Counted from the stretch's first letter, positions 16,554 through 26,815 are shown. The stretch: DNA of 64,000 nucleotides from Bacteroidales bacterium (GCA_045221575.1 JBGUWU010000005.1:5433-69432), one strand, 5' to 3'. Notes: generated by a model from the letters alone, not told the origin. Program-made: numbers and translations.

Positions 16554-17750
16554 ATGAAAAAAATATTATCAATAGTTTTATTTGCGTGCTTTATTCAAAT
16601 AATAGATGCTCAAAACACTGATACTTTATACTACAAAGCCGATTTGAATATTGATAACAACACCTCTCTTATTATCACTTTAAAGAAAATAGAACAAAAA
16701 GACACTGTTCTCTATCTGTTAGGCTCTCCTATGCAGACAAAAGAATTAATTTCTCCTTCAAAGGTAAAATACATAGGAGATACTCTTTCTTTAGGTTTTA
16801 AGCAATTGAATGCTGTTATAAAAATAAACCAGAAAACACTACATGGTACTTTCAAACAAGGATCATTAAAGAAAGATATTCAATTTAAAGAACAAGATTA
16901 TTCTTTTGACTTTAGAAGACCTCAAACACCTATAGCACCATTTCCGTACGAGAGTAAAGAACTGACATTCACTAATCCTAATACGGATTATATCTTTCAC
17001 GGAACACTGACTTATCCAAAAGGTAAAGATAAATATCCTCTTGTTGTTTTAGTTTCAGGCAGTGGCTGTCAAAATAGAGATGAAGAGATTTTTGAACATA
17101 AACCTTTCTTTGTTATAGCAGATTTTCTTTCTCGTAACGGAGTTGCAGTATTTAGGTATGACGATAGAGGTTGGGGAGAAAAAGAAGAAAAAATGTACAA
17201 AGGCACTACTATGGATTTTGCCGAAGATACTCGTCAAGCTATTCAGAGGATAAAAAAAGAAGAGCTTATTGACACCAATCTTATAGGTATTATTGGACAT
17301 AGTGAAGGCGGAATGATTGCACAGATACTTGCAAATGAAGTAAATTTCATTGTTATGTTGGCTGCTCCTGCTATCAAAGGTAAAGATATTCTTATTTCTC
17401 AAGGTGCAGACCTTAGTAACTATAATTTTGATACTACAAAAATAAATGACTATTGGTTGAAATATTTTTATGATTATGAACCTAAAGATAATTTAACTAA
17501 AATAACTGTTCCTACATTAGTACTTCAAGGGAGTAAAGATCATCAAGTTTTTGCTGAAGAGAATATCTCTCGTATGAAAGAACTACTTTCTCACTCCGTT
17601 AAAAGAGAGATAAAAGAATATCCTAATCTTAATCATCTGTTTCAAAATTGCGAAACAGGAGAAGTTAGAGAATATGCTCTAATAGAAGAAACCATTGATA
17701 AACAGGTTCTAAAAGATATTCTTGAATTCATAAAACTAATTAGAAATTAG
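16554..17750 (+). CDS. secreted alpha/beta hydrolase
   Basis: 398 aa with a signal peptide and nucleophile elbow GHSEGG. The last four codons (LIRN) and the stop lie inside the heptad-repeat arm at 17738-17770. Confidence 0.75.
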   Translation: MKKILSIVLFACFIQIIDAQNTDTLYYKADLNIDNNTSLIITLKKIEQKDTVLYLLGSPMQTKELISPSKVKYIGDTLSLGFKQLNAVIKINQKTLHGTFKQGSLKKDIQFKEQDYSFDFRRPQTPIAPFPYESKELTFTNPNTDYIFHGTLTYPKGKDKYPLVVLVSGSGCQNRDEEIFEHKPFFVIADFLSRNGVAVFRYDDRGWGEKEEKMYKGTTMDFAEDTRQAIQRIKKEELIDTNLIGIIGHSEGGMIAQILANEVNFIVMLAAPAIKGKDILISQGADLSNYNFDTTKINDYWLKYFYDYEPKDNLTKITVPTLVLQGSKDHQVFAEENISRMKELLSHSVKREIKEYPNLNHLFQNCETGEVREYALIEETIDKQVLKDILEFIKLIRN

Positions 17751-17770
17751 TGTTTAGAAATTAGAAATTA
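17738..17770. repeat. heptad-repeat arm (left) of an ORF-less element
   Basis: aattagaaattagtgtttagaaattagaaatta. Overlaps the hydrolase stop codon TAG at 17748-17750. Confidence 0.8.
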
Positions 17771-17807
17771 CACATAGCAACTAAATTTTTTTTAGCGTTA
17801 ATTCGAT

Positions 17808-17840
17808 AATTTCTAATTTCTAATTTCTAATTTCTAATTA
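17808..17840. repeat. heptad-repeat arm (right): four perfect AATTTCT units plus a partial unit
   Basis: aatttctaatttctaatttctaatttctaatta, complementary to the AGAAATT units of the left arm. Ends 7 nt before the lpxD -7 box. Confidence 0.85.
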
Positions 17841-17846
17841 AAATAG

Positions 17847-17854
17847 TATCTTTG
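17847..17854 (+). promoter_or_regulatory. Bacteroidota -7 promoter box (TAnnTTTG)
   Basis: tatctttg, 28 nt upstream of the lpxD ATG at 17882. Confidence 0.55.
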
Positions 17855-17881
17855 CAGGATAAAACAATAAAAAATATTGAT

Positions 17882-18910
17882 ATGGAATTTAAAGCAGAAC
17901 AAATAGCAGAGTTTCTCAAAGGAAGAGTAGAAGGGAATAAGGACGTTGTAGTCAGAGAACTTTGTAAAATAGAAGAAGGTAAAGCAGGTGCGTTGGCTTT
18001 TCTTGCTAATCCGAAATATACTCAATATATCTACACTACAGAAGCCTCTGTAGTTATTATTAATGAAGATTTTCATTTAGAACAACCTACAAAAGCAACC
18101 CTTATAAGAGTTAAAGACGCTTACTCTTCTTTTGCTACCTTATTGGAAATTTATAATCAATATAGGTTTATGCGTAGTGGTGTCAGCTCACTTGCATTCA
18201 TTAATGAAAAAGCAACAGTAGGGCAAAACGTATATGTTGGTGAGTTTTCTGTGGTAGAAAAAGACGCTGTTATAGGAGATAATTGCAAGATATATCCTCA
18301 AGTGTTTATTGGAGAAAATGTTAAAATAGGTAATAATGTAACTATCTATGCTGGTGTTAAGATATATCATGATACTGTAATCGGAGATAACTGCATATTG
18401 CATAGCGGTTGTGTGTTAGGCGCTGATGGTTTTGGCTTTGCTCCTTTGGAAGATGGTTCATTTAAAAAGATACCACAAGTAGGTAATGTTATTATTGAAA
18501 GCGATGTGGAGATTGGAGCAAACACTTGTGTAGATCGCTCTACTATGGGTTCTACTATAATAAGTAAAGGAACTAAGTTAGATAATCTATGTCAGATTGC
18601 TCATAATGTAAAGGTTGGGAAAAATACTGCAATGTCTGCTATGACAGGAGTAGCAGGCTCAACCTCTATTGGAGATAACTGTTTCTTTGGTGGTCAAAGC
18701 GGTTTCGCTAATTCTTTGAAGATAGGTAATAGAGTTAAAGTAGGTGCAAAGACAGGTGTATTCAAAAATATGAAAGATGATTCTGTTTTGATGGGTTACC
18801 CTGCTTTTAACTTCAGAGAGTTTATGAAAAGTACAGCAATTTTCCAACACTTACCTGAATTGGAAAAAAGAGTACGCGACTTAGAAAAGAAACTCAAAGA
18901 AAAAGAGTAA
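17882..18910 (+). CDS. lpxD: UDP-3-O-acylglucosamine N-acyltransferase
   Basis: N-terminal LpxD domain followed by left-handed beta-helix hexapeptide repeats ([31 protein letters not shown]...). The track start at 17852 is a TTG inside the promoter box, so I use the ATG at 17882. Confidence 0.9.
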   Translation: MEFKAEQIAEFLKGRVEGNKDVVVRELCKIEEGKAGALAFLANPKYTQYIYTTEASVVIINEDFHLEQPTKATLIRVKDAYSSFATLLEIYNQYRFMRSGVSSLAFINEKATVGQNVYVGEFSVVEKDAVIGDNCKIYPQVFIGENVKIGNNVTIYAGVKIYHDTVIGDNCILHSGCVLGADGFGFAPLEDGSFKKIPQVGNVIIESDVEIGANTCVDRSTMGSTIISKGTKLDNLCQIAHNVKVGKNTAMSAMTGVAGSTSIGDNCFFGGQSGFANSLKIGNRVKVGAKTGVFKNMKDDSVLMGYPAFNFREFMKSTAIFQHLPELEKRVRDLEKKLKEKE

Positions 18911-18932
18911 ACAAATTTGATTTAAATTTTGC

Positions 18933-18966
18933 AAAACTAAGTTTCGGTCGCGCCAAACTTGGTTTT
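18933..18966 (+). terminator. putative terminator hairpin after lpxD
   Basis: 12-bp stem aaaactaagttt / aaacttggtttt (one G-U pair) with GC-rich loop cggtcgcgcc. The 3' arm ends in UUUU. Confidence 0.45.
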
Positions 18967-19111
18967 CATAATGAAAAAAACTATTTTTTGACTAAAAAAA
19001 TAGTTTTTTTTTATGCAAAAAATAGTTTTTGGGAGAACAAACTCTTGATTTGACAAAAGCAAAACGAAGAGTGGCGACAAGTAATTAGCAATTAGCGTAT
19101 TAAATGTCTTT

Positions 19112-19966
19112 TTATAAAAATTCGGTTTTCATTCCTTGATGTTTCAAAGGAATACATACAACAGGAATCTTTGCAAAACGGACTATATCTTGAGCTCTTG
19201 GGTCAGCAGCAAAGTCTGTTGATTCATCTCTTCCCATAACCATGCAAAGATCTACGTGATTACTTTCGTCATTTATATATTTTATTACCTCATCAGCGTA
19301 ATCTTTGCTTGTCTTTAGGCCTTCTAAGGTAACTATATCGCAATTTACTTCTTTGTCTAAAAGGAATTTCTGTACGCCTGAGCCTATTACTTTTATTTTT
19401 GTTAAGTCTTCGCTATCTTGTCCTTCCCATGTGCCTATCAATAAGGTAACCTTTGCACCAAATTCCTTAGCCCATTTGATAGCATAAGGAACTTTTTGAC
19501 GAGAAGACAAATACAGTTCTATTGGAAGTACGATATTCTTTATAGGTTTTGGTTCAATAGCAATATTAACTGTCATAATTGGGTAATCAGTAGTACGAAT
19601 AAGTCTGTGAGTATTTGCTCCTATAACATTAACACTTGTATTTGAAGTGCCGGCAACCATTAAATCAATATCAATTTCCTTTGCGAATAGATTGATTTGT
19701 TCAGTTACAGAACCTTTTCTTATATATGGTTTTACGTCAAGGTCGTAAAGTTTTTTGATATTCTTCTTTAATTCTTCCAATTGCAGTTCTTGGTACTCAG
19801 GAGCCTTTTCTTGTTGTCCCAAAAGGCGGGCGAAGAATCCAATTTGCTCACTTACATGCAACAGATAATACTCTGTTGTTAAGTCATTGAACATATATTT
19901 ACAGAAACGTAAGCAAGCGTTCAAAGATAAATCATTGAAATCTGTTGTGATTAAAACTTTTTTCAT
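19112..19966 (-). CDS. universal stress protein family protein (tandem Usp domains)
   Basis: 284 aa with two Usp-like halves (VLITTDF...DLMVAGTS and NIVLPIE...DLCMVMGRD). Confidence 0.7.
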   Translation of the reverse strand: MKKVLITTDFNDLSLNACLRFCKYMFNDLTTEYYLLHVSEQIGFFARLLGQQEKAPEYQELQLEELKKNIKKLYDLDVKPYIRKGSVTEQINLFAKEIDIDLMVAGTSNTSVNVIGANTHRLIRTTDYPIMTVNIAIEPKPIKNIVLPIELYLSSRQKVPYAIKWAKEFGAKVTLLIGTWEGQDSEDLTKIKVIGSGVQKFLLDKEVNCDIVTLEGLKTSKDYADEVIKYINDESNHVDLCMVMGRDESTDFAADPRAQDIVRFAKIPVVCIPLKHQGMKTEFL

Positions 19967-20017
19967 AAGTCTCTATATCTATTTCTTAATATCGCTTAAT
20001 TATTCCTTTAACTTTTG

Positions 20018-20025
20018 CAAAATTA
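20018..20025 (-). promoter_or_regulatory. Bacteroidota -7 promoter box (TAnnTTTG)
   Basis: Plus-strand caaaatta = TAATTTTG on the minus strand, 52 nt upstream of the usp ATG (19966). Confidence 0.5.
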
Positions 20026-20078
20026 CACTAAAACATTGAATTAACAAAAAGAAAAAGAGGTTTTTATATAACCAAAGA

Positions 20079-20825
20079 CTAACGTATTCTTCTTATGCTT
20101 TGCAAATAGTGAGAATATTCTCTTGTGTCGTGATCTATTATTCCTTTACTATCCACTATGTCAATTCTTACTCTACCGCTTGAATGAATGCAATATTGTT
20201 TTTCAAGAAAGATACCTACATGAGTGATATGTTGTTTGTTCTTGCCGAAAAATAATAGGTCGCCCTCTTTTGCTGTGCTTAGGTTTTTTACTTTCTTTCC
20301 TTGCAGACATTGTTTTGAGGCATCTCTTTCTAAGTTTATTCCAAAGATACTAAAAACCACTTGAGTAAAACCCGAACAATCTATACCCATTACGCTCTTT
20401 CCTCCCCAAAGATAAGGAGTATTCAAAAAAGGAAGCACTATTTCTCTTAGGTTTTCTTTGTTTAGAGGTTTTATTTCGCTTAGTTCGGTGTTTTTTACAG
20501 AGAAATGATGCCCTGCAATAGTGAAATCTTTGCTTATAATCTTAGAACCAAAAGGGATAGCAATGAGTTCTTTATCCATTTGGATATAAGAGAACATAGA
20601 GGTTGAGAAATACTTGTTTTTTCTCGTCCTTTGCAGAGGGAGAATGTTTCTATTGTCAATATATCCTTGGTAGTTGTCGCTGAGATTAGTAATCTTTGCC
20701 CAACCATTACTTTGTTCTGTAACTAAGACACAATCTCCAAACAAAAGTTGAGTAACTTGTTCGCTAAGACTTGTAGGTTCTTTTCTTACAGGACAAACAC
20801 CAACAAAACAATAACCATATTTCAT
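20079..20825 (-). CDS. NlpC/P60 (C40) peptidoglycan hydrolase with N-terminal SH3-like domain
   Basis: 248 aa. Catalytic Cys in GIDCSGF and His in HVGIF. Confidence 0.85.
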   Translation of the reverse strand: MKYGYCFVGVCPVRKEPTSLSEQVTQLLFGDCVLVTEQSNGWAKITNLSDNYQGYIDNRNILPLQRTRKNKYFSTSMFSYIQMDKELIAIPFGSKIISKDFTIAGHHFSVKNTELSEIKPLNKENLREIVLPFLNTPYLWGGKSVMGIDCSGFTQVVFSIFGINLERDASKQCLQGKKVKNLSTAKEGDLLFFGKNKQHITHVGIFLEKQYCIHSSGRVRIDIVDSKGIIDHDTREYSHYLQSIRRIR

Positions 20826-20839
20826 CTATCTAACATTTG

Positions 20840-21427
20840 TTATAGTTTGCCGTTATCTATACAATAGACTATGCGGTCTATCATTCTGTCTTCTTCGTTG
20901 TTCATTGGGTCAAAAGTAGTGTTGAGGTTGATACCCATAGCCTTGGTCGTAAGGTTAATGAACATCGTCTTTGTTCCTCCTGCGAAGTTTTTTATAAGAG
21001 AATAAGAACTTCTGCCTGTTTGTCTATGGATAAGTTTAACAAGAATCTTGCCTTGGCTTTTCTTTAGTTTTTTTATCTCACCAGAGAATTTGCTTTCTAT
21101 GTCTTTCATCGCTTGTTTGCGAATCTTCTCTTTTTGTGAATCGTTTTGTGCATTAGCAATCAAGTTAGAATAACTATTTAATATACTCTCAACTCTTTTT
21201 GCGTAAGGATAAGCTTTTCTTACATCGCGTATAAGTTTTGCATATTGTGCCTGTTCTTGAGGAGTAAGGGGATTGATATAAGAAGTTACTAACACAGGGT
21301 CAAGATATGCCATTGGAATAGTGTCTCCTTGATATATAGTTCCAAAAACTGTTATTCCTCTTTCTGTTTGTGCTTTTACAAAGCCTAAAGATAGAACTAA
21401 TATTATTACTAACAAAACTTTTTTCAT
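20840..21427 (-). CDS. DUF4294-like secreted protein
   Basis: 195 aa with a signal peptide. VRKAYPYAK and SQGKILVKLIHRQTG resemble DUF4294 as I remember it. Confidence 0.6.
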   Translation of the reverse strand: MKKVLLVIILVLSLGFVKAQTERGITVFGTIYQGDTIPMAYLDPVLVTSYINPLTPQEQAQYAKLIRDVRKAYPYAKRVESILNSYSNLIANAQNDSQKEKIRKQAMKDIESKFSGEIKKLKKSQGKILVKLIHRQTGRSSYSLIKNFAGGTKTMFINLTTKAMGINLNTTFDPMNNEEDRMIDRIVYCIDNGKL

Positions 21428-21432
21428 GGCTG

Positions 21433-22680
21433 TTATTTTTTTATTTTCAATAGATTAGTATCTAAAACCTCTTGTGCATATTTCTTGGTTATGACAACCT
21501 CTTTGGTCTTCTTGTCAGTAGGGATAGAGAACATCAAATCGTTCATAACATTCTCCATAATAGAACGCAAACCTCTTGCTCCCAAAGAATAATCTAAAGC
21601 AGTTTGAACAAAATAGTCTAAAGCTTCTTCTTCAAAAGTTAGTTTTTTGTTATCCATTTCAAATAACTTTTGGTATTGTTTGGTTATAGCGTTCTTAGGT
21701 TCAACAAGAATTCTCTTTAAAGCTTTTGCGTCAAGTTTATCTAAAGAAGTCAGAACAGGGAAACGACCAATAAGCTCTGGTATAAGTCCAAACTTTTTAA
21801 GGTCCTGCGGTTGTGCATATTTGAGAAACTCGTCTGTGTCTATATTATCTCTTTGTTGTGATTCATTAAAGCCAATAGCGTAAGAATTCATACGAGAAGC
21901 AATGTTTCTTTCTATGCCGTCAAAAGCACCAGCAGCGATAAATAGAATATTTTTGGTATTTACTTGTATAAACTGCTGCTCAGGGTGTTTTCTTCCTCCC
22001 TCTGGTGGAACATTTACAAGAGTTCCTTCTAAAATCTTCAATAAAGATTGTTGCACACCCTCACCACTGACGTCACGGGTGATAGAAGGGTTATCTCCTT
22101 TGCGAGCAATCTTGTCTATTTCATCAATAAAGACAATACCTCTTTCAGCATTGGCTACGTCATAGTTAGCGTTCTGAAGAAGACGAGTAAGTATATTTTC
22201 TACATCTTCTCCTACATAGCCTGCTTGAGTAAGAGTTGTTGCATCGGCAATACAAAAAGGAACATTCAAAAGGTTTGCTATTGTACGAGCAAGAAGAGTT
22301 TTTCCTGTTCCTGTTTCTCCTATCATTATGATATTTGATTTGTCTAACTCAACATCATCAGTATTTTCTCCTTTTGCAAGATAATTCAAACGTTTATAAT
22401 GATTATATACAGCTACAGAAAGTATTTTCTTAGCCCTGTCTTGTCCTATTACATATTGATTAAGAAAAGAAAATATTTCTTGAGGAGTCTTTAAGTCAAG
22501 AGAAGCTTTTTCAGATGAATGACCTGAATGTTGATGAGCTTTTGCCATGGCTTTATTAACCTGGCTTAAACATTCATCACAAATACCTAAGCCCTCAAAC
22601 ATAGAAGGAACAAAGACATTTAACTTATCTATTGGTCTGCCACAAAAAGCACAAATATCATTTATTTTTTTATTATTCAT
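21433..22680 (-). CDS. clpX: ATP-dependent Clp protease ATP-binding subunit ClpX
   Basis: 415 aa. N-terminal Zn finger CAFCG...CDEC, Walker A GETGTGKT, Walker B VFIDEIDK. Confidence 0.97.
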   Translation of the reverse strand: MNNKKINDICAFCGRPIDKLNVFVPSMFEGLGICDECLSQVNKAMAKAHQHSGHSSEKASLDLKTPQEIFSFLNQYVIGQDRAKKILSVAVYNHYKRLNYLAKGENTDDVELDKSNIIMIGETGTGKTLLARTIANLLNVPFCIADATTLTQAGYVGEDVENILTRLLQNANYDVANAERGIVFIDEIDKIARKGDNPSITRDVSGEGVQQSLLKILEGTLVNVPPEGGRKHPEQQFIQVNTKNILFIAAGAFDGIERNIASRMNSYAIGFNESQQRDNIDTDEFLKYAQPQDLKKFGLIPELIGRFPVLTSLDKLDAKALKRILVEPKNAITKQYQKLFEMDNKKLTFEEEALDYFVQTALDYSLGARGLRSIMENVMNDLMFSIPTDKKTKEVVITKKYAQEVLDTNLLKIKK

Positions 22681-22690
22681 TTCTGATTAT

Positions 22691-23932
22691 TTATTTTTGT
22701 TTTCCTACTTTGTAGCCTTTGATAGCGTAATACAAAATAAATAGGTAGCAAGGTAGGAATAATATATAAGGGATATGAGTGTTATGCAATAAATCTGATA
22801 ATCCTCCATAAACTAATGGGATTAATGCACCTCCTACTATAGCCATTATCAATAAAGCTGAAGCAAAGGAAGTATTTTTCCCAAGTTTATCTATAGCTAA
22901 AGCCCATATAGCTCCCCACATAACAGCATTTGAGAATGAAAGCAGGATTAAAAAGATTAAGGAGGTAACACCTGTACTACACAAAGAAATAATAACAAAT
23001 ATCAAAGAAAGAACAGAACAATAAATAAGAGCTTTTCGTTGAGATAGATATTTTGGTATAAGTACAATAGTTGAAATATAGCCTAATAAAAGAGCAGCCA
23101 AAGCAAACATTCCTATCTTTGTGTAGATAGTATCAGGTAATCCTATTGATTTACTATAAGGTACAAGAGTATCTATAGCCATTACTTCTGCACCTTCATA
23201 AAAGAATAAAGCAAGAACACCTAACCATAGATAAAGAGGAAGTTTATGAGTCTGTTTTTCTTGATTATTATCGTCATCAGTTGAATTCACATCAGGTAGT
23301 TTTGCTAAATAAACCATAAGAGCAATAAGAACCAATCCACAAGCCATAACAATGTATGGTAAGATTATTCTATGTGCTAAGTCATTAAGTAATATTGTTT
23401 GAGCATCGCCTGTTACGTTGCTAATATTCTCAGATATAGAATCGAAATTAGATAACAAAGCCTTAGAAAAGATGTAAATACCTACAATGCCAGCGATTTT
23501 GTTAAACAAACCCATGATACACATTCTCTGAGTGGCAGATTCTATAGGTCCAAGTATGGTTACGTAAGGATTAGCAGCCGTTTGTAAGAGTGCTAAGCCT
23601 GTACCTTGAACAAATAATCCAATAAGGAAAACAATATAGTTTCTACTCAATGCTGCAGGTATAAATATCAGACAACCTAAAGCCATAACTAATAAACCAA
23701 ATGACATTCCTTTGGCAAAACCTGTTTTCTTTAATATACCAGCGGAAGGTAAGGCCATAACGAAATAAGAAATGTAGAAAGCAAAGGTAACTAAGTAAGC
23801 TTGAGTGTCGGATAATTGACAAGCTGTTTTAAGGAAAGGTATCAATTGATTGTTTAGCCAAGTGATAAAACCAAAAACAAAGTACAGAATACCAATAATG
23901 GTAAGGCTAAAAGCATAACTATTTTTTTTCAT
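22691..23932 (-). CDS. sugar MFS transporter (FucP / glucose-galactose transporter family)
   Basis: 413 aa with 12 predicted TM segments. N-terminal FVFGFITWLNNQLIPFLK is typical of the FHS family. Confidence 0.8.
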   Translation of the reverse strand: MKKNSYAFSLTIIGILYFVFGFITWLNNQLIPFLKTACQLSDTQAYLVTFAFYISYFVMALPSAGILKKTGFAKGMSFGLLVMALGCLIFIPAALSRNYIVFLIGLFVQGTGLALLQTAANPYVTILGPIESATQRMCIMGLFNKIAGIVGIYIFSKALLSNFDSISENISNVTGDAQTILLNDLAHRIILPYIVMACGLVLIALMVYLAKLPDVNSTDDDNNQEKQTHKLPLYLWLGVLALFFYEGAEVMAIDTLVPYSKSIGLPDTIYTKIGMFALAALLLGYISTIVLIPKYLSQRKALIYCSVLSLIFVIISLCSTGVTSLIFLILLSFSNAVMWGAIWALAIDKLGKNTSFASALLIMAIVGGALIPLVYGGLSDLLHNTHIPYILFLPCYLFILYYAIKGYKVGKQK

Positions 23933-23958
23933 ATCTTCTCGTTTTTATTATCAGAATG

Positions 23959-23966
23959 CAAATTTA
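23959..23966 (-). promoter_or_regulatory. Bacteroidota -7 promoter box (TAnnTTTG)
   Basis: Plus-strand caaattta = TAAATTTG on the minus strand, 27 nt upstream of the transporter ATG (23932). Confidence 0.5.
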
Positions 23967-23976
23967 CACAAAAAAC

Positions 23977-24741
23977 TTATATTGTAGATTTCTTTACTAT
24001 GTTTTCAATGATAGAAAGCAGGAGATACAATATTATTATCAGAGGCATAGAGTACAGACCTAAGAGAACAAGCATAAAGAAAGCACAAATCAAAAAGATA
24101 AATTTTATTTCATTACCATGCCAATCGAGTTTTTTGAACTTCAAAGAGAACAGAGGCAATTCACTAACCAAAAGTATAGCAAGAATAACAGAGATGATAA
24201 GTATAAAATAAGGATTATTCATTGTGCTAAACAAAAAACTATGTAGTTCATCAGAATTTATTCCCCAAAGATGTATGTTATTCGTGTGAAGATGGTTTAT
24301 TATAGGAATGCTTAACCAAACTATTGCATTGGCAGGTGTAGGCAATCCAATAAAAGATAAGCTTTGTCTTTCGTCAATGTTGAATTTTGCCAAACGATAA
24401 CAAGACATAATAGCCATAAACAAAGGAATATAACACACAAAACCTCCTAAGTAATTCAAAAAATCATAATTGCTTTTGTTTTCCAATAATAAGGAAGTAG
24501 CGATCAACGATGGTGCAACACCAAATGAAACAACATCAGCTAATGAGTCTAACTCCTTACCTATAGCTCCGCTAACTTTTAATGCTCTTGCTGTCAAACC
24601 ATCACAAAAATCAAATAATGCACCGCAGATTATAAATAAAGAAGCAAGCAAAGGTTGTTTCCACAATAGAAGAGCTACAATAGATAACACTCCACAAAGG
24701 AAATTCATTAAGGTAATAGTGTTTGGTATCTGTTTTTTCAT
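23977..24741 (-). CDS. pssA: CDP-alcohol phosphatidyltransferase, probably CDP-diacylglycerol--serine O-phosphatidyltransferase
   Basis: 254 aa. Family motif DFCDGLTARALKVSGAIGKELDSLADVVSFG (DGx2ARx8Gx3Dx3D). The choice of serine as substrate is inferred from size and topology only. Confidence 0.7.
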   Translation of the reverse strand: MKKQIPNTITLMNFLCGVLSIVALLLWKQPLLASLFIICGALFDFCDGLTARALKVSGAIGKELDSLADVVSFGVAPSLIATSLLLENKSNYDFLNYLGGFVCYIPLFMAIMSCYRLAKFNIDERQSLSFIGLPTPANAIVWLSIPIINHLHTNNIHLWGINSDELHSFLFSTMNNPYFILIISVILAILLVSELPLFSLKFKKLDWHGNEIKFIFLICAFFMLVLLGLYSMPLIIILYLLLSIIENIVKKSTI

Positions 24742-24789
24742 AAAATATAATGTTTAATGCTCAAAAATAAAATTAAAAAGTAAATATAA

Positions 24790-25950
24790 TTACAAGATAT
24801 AGTCTTTACGACAACGATTCTTTACTTCTTCGTCTGTAATAAAGTAGTCTTCCATGCTTGGATTAGCGATAAATGAAGACTCTTTCATCGCTTTTTCTAT
24901 TATTTTTGGTATATCCAAAAACGATATGCTACCTTTTAAAAACTCCTCTACAGCTATCTCGTTTGCGGCGTTCATTATGCAAGGCATATTCCCACCTTTC
25001 TCTATTGCAGAAAAAGCAAGCGAAAGACAAGGGAAAGTTTCCATATCGGGTTTATAGAAATCTAAACTACCTATTTCAAATAAATTGAGTTCTTTTTGCT
25101 TTGTTGGAATACGGAAAGGATAGGACAGAGCATAAAGTATTGGCAAACGCATATCGGGTACAGACATTTGAGCCTTAATGCTTCCGTCTTCAAATTCAAC
25201 CATTGAATGTATTATGCTTTGAGGGTGAATTATAGGAGTGATGTTTGAAGCCTCTACTCCAAAAAGCCACTTAGCTTCTATAACTTCCAATCCTTTATTC
25301 ATAAGGGTAGCACTATCTATTGTTACTTTTTTCCCCATAGACCAATTAGGGTTTTGAAGTGCTTGCTTGACAGTTATATTTTCTAACTCATGTTTCTTCT
25401 TTCCTCTAAAAGCGCCTCCTGAAGCAGTAAGTAAAATCTTCTTTATTTTATTATGATATTCTCCTTGTAAGCATTGAAATATTGCAGAATGTTCACTATC
25501 TACAGGAAGTATAGGCACATTGTTTTCATTTGCAAGACGAGTAATCAAATCTCCGGCAACGACAAGCGTTTCTTTGTTAGATAAGGCTATGGTTTTCTTT
25601 GCTTTTATTGCAGAAAGAGTAGGCTTTAATCCAGCAAAACCAACTAAAGCTGTCAATACAATGTCTATGTCGTCAAACTCAACAACTTCTTCTATTGACT
25701 TTGAGCCAGCGAAAACTTTGATAAAAGTATCTTTTAAAGCTTGTTTTACTAACTCATATTTTGTTTGATCAGCTATAACAACAGCATTTGGTTCAAATTC
25801 TAATGCTTGTTGTATTAATAAATCTGCATTTGTTCCTGCAGTAAGCACCTCTACAACAAACTCATCTTTGTGTTCTCTAACAATATCCAAAGTTTGTGTT
25901 CCGATAGACCCAGTAGAACCAAGTAAAGCAATATGTTTCTTTTTCTGCAT
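24790..25950 (-). CDS. dxr: 1-deoxy-D-xylulose-5-phosphate reductoisomerase
   Basis: LGSTGSIGTQTL, LANKE-like SNKETLV, DSEHSAIFQC. The track start at 25959 is a TTG, so I use the ATG at 25950 (MQKKKHIALLG). Confidence 0.95.
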   Translation of the reverse strand: MQKKKHIALLGSTGSIGTQTLDIVREHKDEFVVEVLTAGTNADLLIQQALEFEPNAVVIADQTKYELVKQALKDTFIKVFAGSKSIEEVVEFDDIDIVLTALVGFAGLKPTLSAIKAKKTIALSNKETLVVAGDLITRLANENNVPILPVDSEHSAIFQCLQGEYHNKIKKILLTASGGAFRGKKKHELENITVKQALQNPNWSMGKKVTIDSATLMNKGLEVIEAKWLFGVEASNITPIIHPQSIIHSMVEFEDGSIKAQMSVPDMRLPILYALSYPFRIPTKQKELNLFEIGSLDFYKPDMETFPCLSLAFSAIEKGGNMPCIMNAANEIAVEEFLKGSISFLDIPKIIEKAMKESSFIANPSMEDYFITDEEVKNRCRKDYIL

Positions 25951-25972
25951 CGTGTTCAATAAGTTTAGTTTG

Positions 25973-25980
25973 CAAAGTTA
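25973..25980 (-). promoter_or_regulatory. Bacteroidota -7 promoter box (TAnnTTTG)
   Basis: Plus-strand caaagtta = TAACTTTG on the minus strand, 23 nt upstream of the dxr ATG (25950). Confidence 0.5.
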
Positions 25981-26122
25981 TAACTTTTTTGTGAAATAGA
26001 TATGTTTATATATTCTTCTTTTCTTAGTGAAAAACATTATGGTTTTTATGTAAAAATCAAGACTTTTATTTATTATTCATCAATAAAAGAAACCAAATAC
26101 TGTTTATTTCATAAAAAATGTG

Positions 26123-26130
26123 TAAATTTG
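26123..26130 (+). promoter_or_regulatory. Bacteroidota -7 promoter box (TAnnTTTG)
   Basis: taaatttg, 39 nt upstream of the frr ATG (26169). Confidence 0.55.
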
Positions 26131-26168
26131 CACTTGTAAGTAAGGAATAATAAAATACTAAATAAGAT

Positions 26169-26741
26169 ATGAATGCACAAATAAAAAATTTATTAGAAGA
26201 GACTTCTGTAGCTATGTCATCAGCAACAGATTTCTTAGAAAAAGATCTTAAAAAACTTAGAGCAGGAAAGGCCTCTCCACAGATGTTAGAAGGAGTTAAA
26301 GTCGATTATTACGGAACTCTTACACCAATAGAGCAAGTAGGAAACATAAATACTCCTGCTGCAAATCAAATAACAATACAACCTTGGGATAAATCCGCAA
26401 TAGGACCTATAAACAAGGCTATTATTGATGCCAATCTTGGCTTTACTCCAAAAGTAGAAGCAGATTTACTAAGAATAACTCTTCCTCCTTTAACAGAAGA
26501 GAGAAGAAAAGATATAATGAAAAACGTCAAGAAATCTGCAGAAGACTCAAAAGTTTCAATAAGAAATATTCGTCGTAACTATATAGACAAAATAAAAAAG
26601 ACTAAGGATAATAAAGAAAATCCTGCAACAGAAGACGAAATCAAACAAGCAGAAAAAGATGTTCAAGATTTAACAGATAAGTTTATTAAACAGGTAGATG
26701 ATATTATTGCAAACAAAGAAAAAGAAGTAATGACTGTTTAA
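26169..26741 (+). CDS. frr: ribosome recycling factor
   Basis: 190 aa. LRAGKASPQMLEGVKVDYYG and LPPLTEERRKD are classic RRF motifs. Confidence 0.97.
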   Translation: MNAQIKNLLEETSVAMSSATDFLEKDLKKLRAGKASPQMLEGVKVDYYGTLTPIEQVGNINTPAANQITIQPWDKSAIGPINKAIIDANLGFTPKVEADLLRITLPPLTEERRKDIMKNVKKSAEDSKVSIRNIRRNYIDKIKKTKDNKENPATEDEIKQAEKDVQDLTDKFIKQVDDIIANKEKEVMTV

Positions 26742-26763
26742 AAAGACTTAAATATATTTTAAT

Positions 26764-26804
26764 CAAGGTTGTTTAAAAATAAAGTTAAACAACCTTGTTT
26801 TTTT
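26764..26804 (+). terminator. rho-independent terminator of frr
   Basis: 13-bp stem caaggttgtttaa / ttaaacaaccttg followed by a 7-T run. Confidence 0.8.
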
Positions 26805-26815
26805 AGAAAAATTTG

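Noticed and set aside
17808-17840. CRISPR array or other spacer-containing repeat array.
   Set aside because: The repeats are contiguous 7-nt units without spacers, and no cas genes are present. No CRISPR-like repeat-spacer periodicity is seen anywhere in the window.
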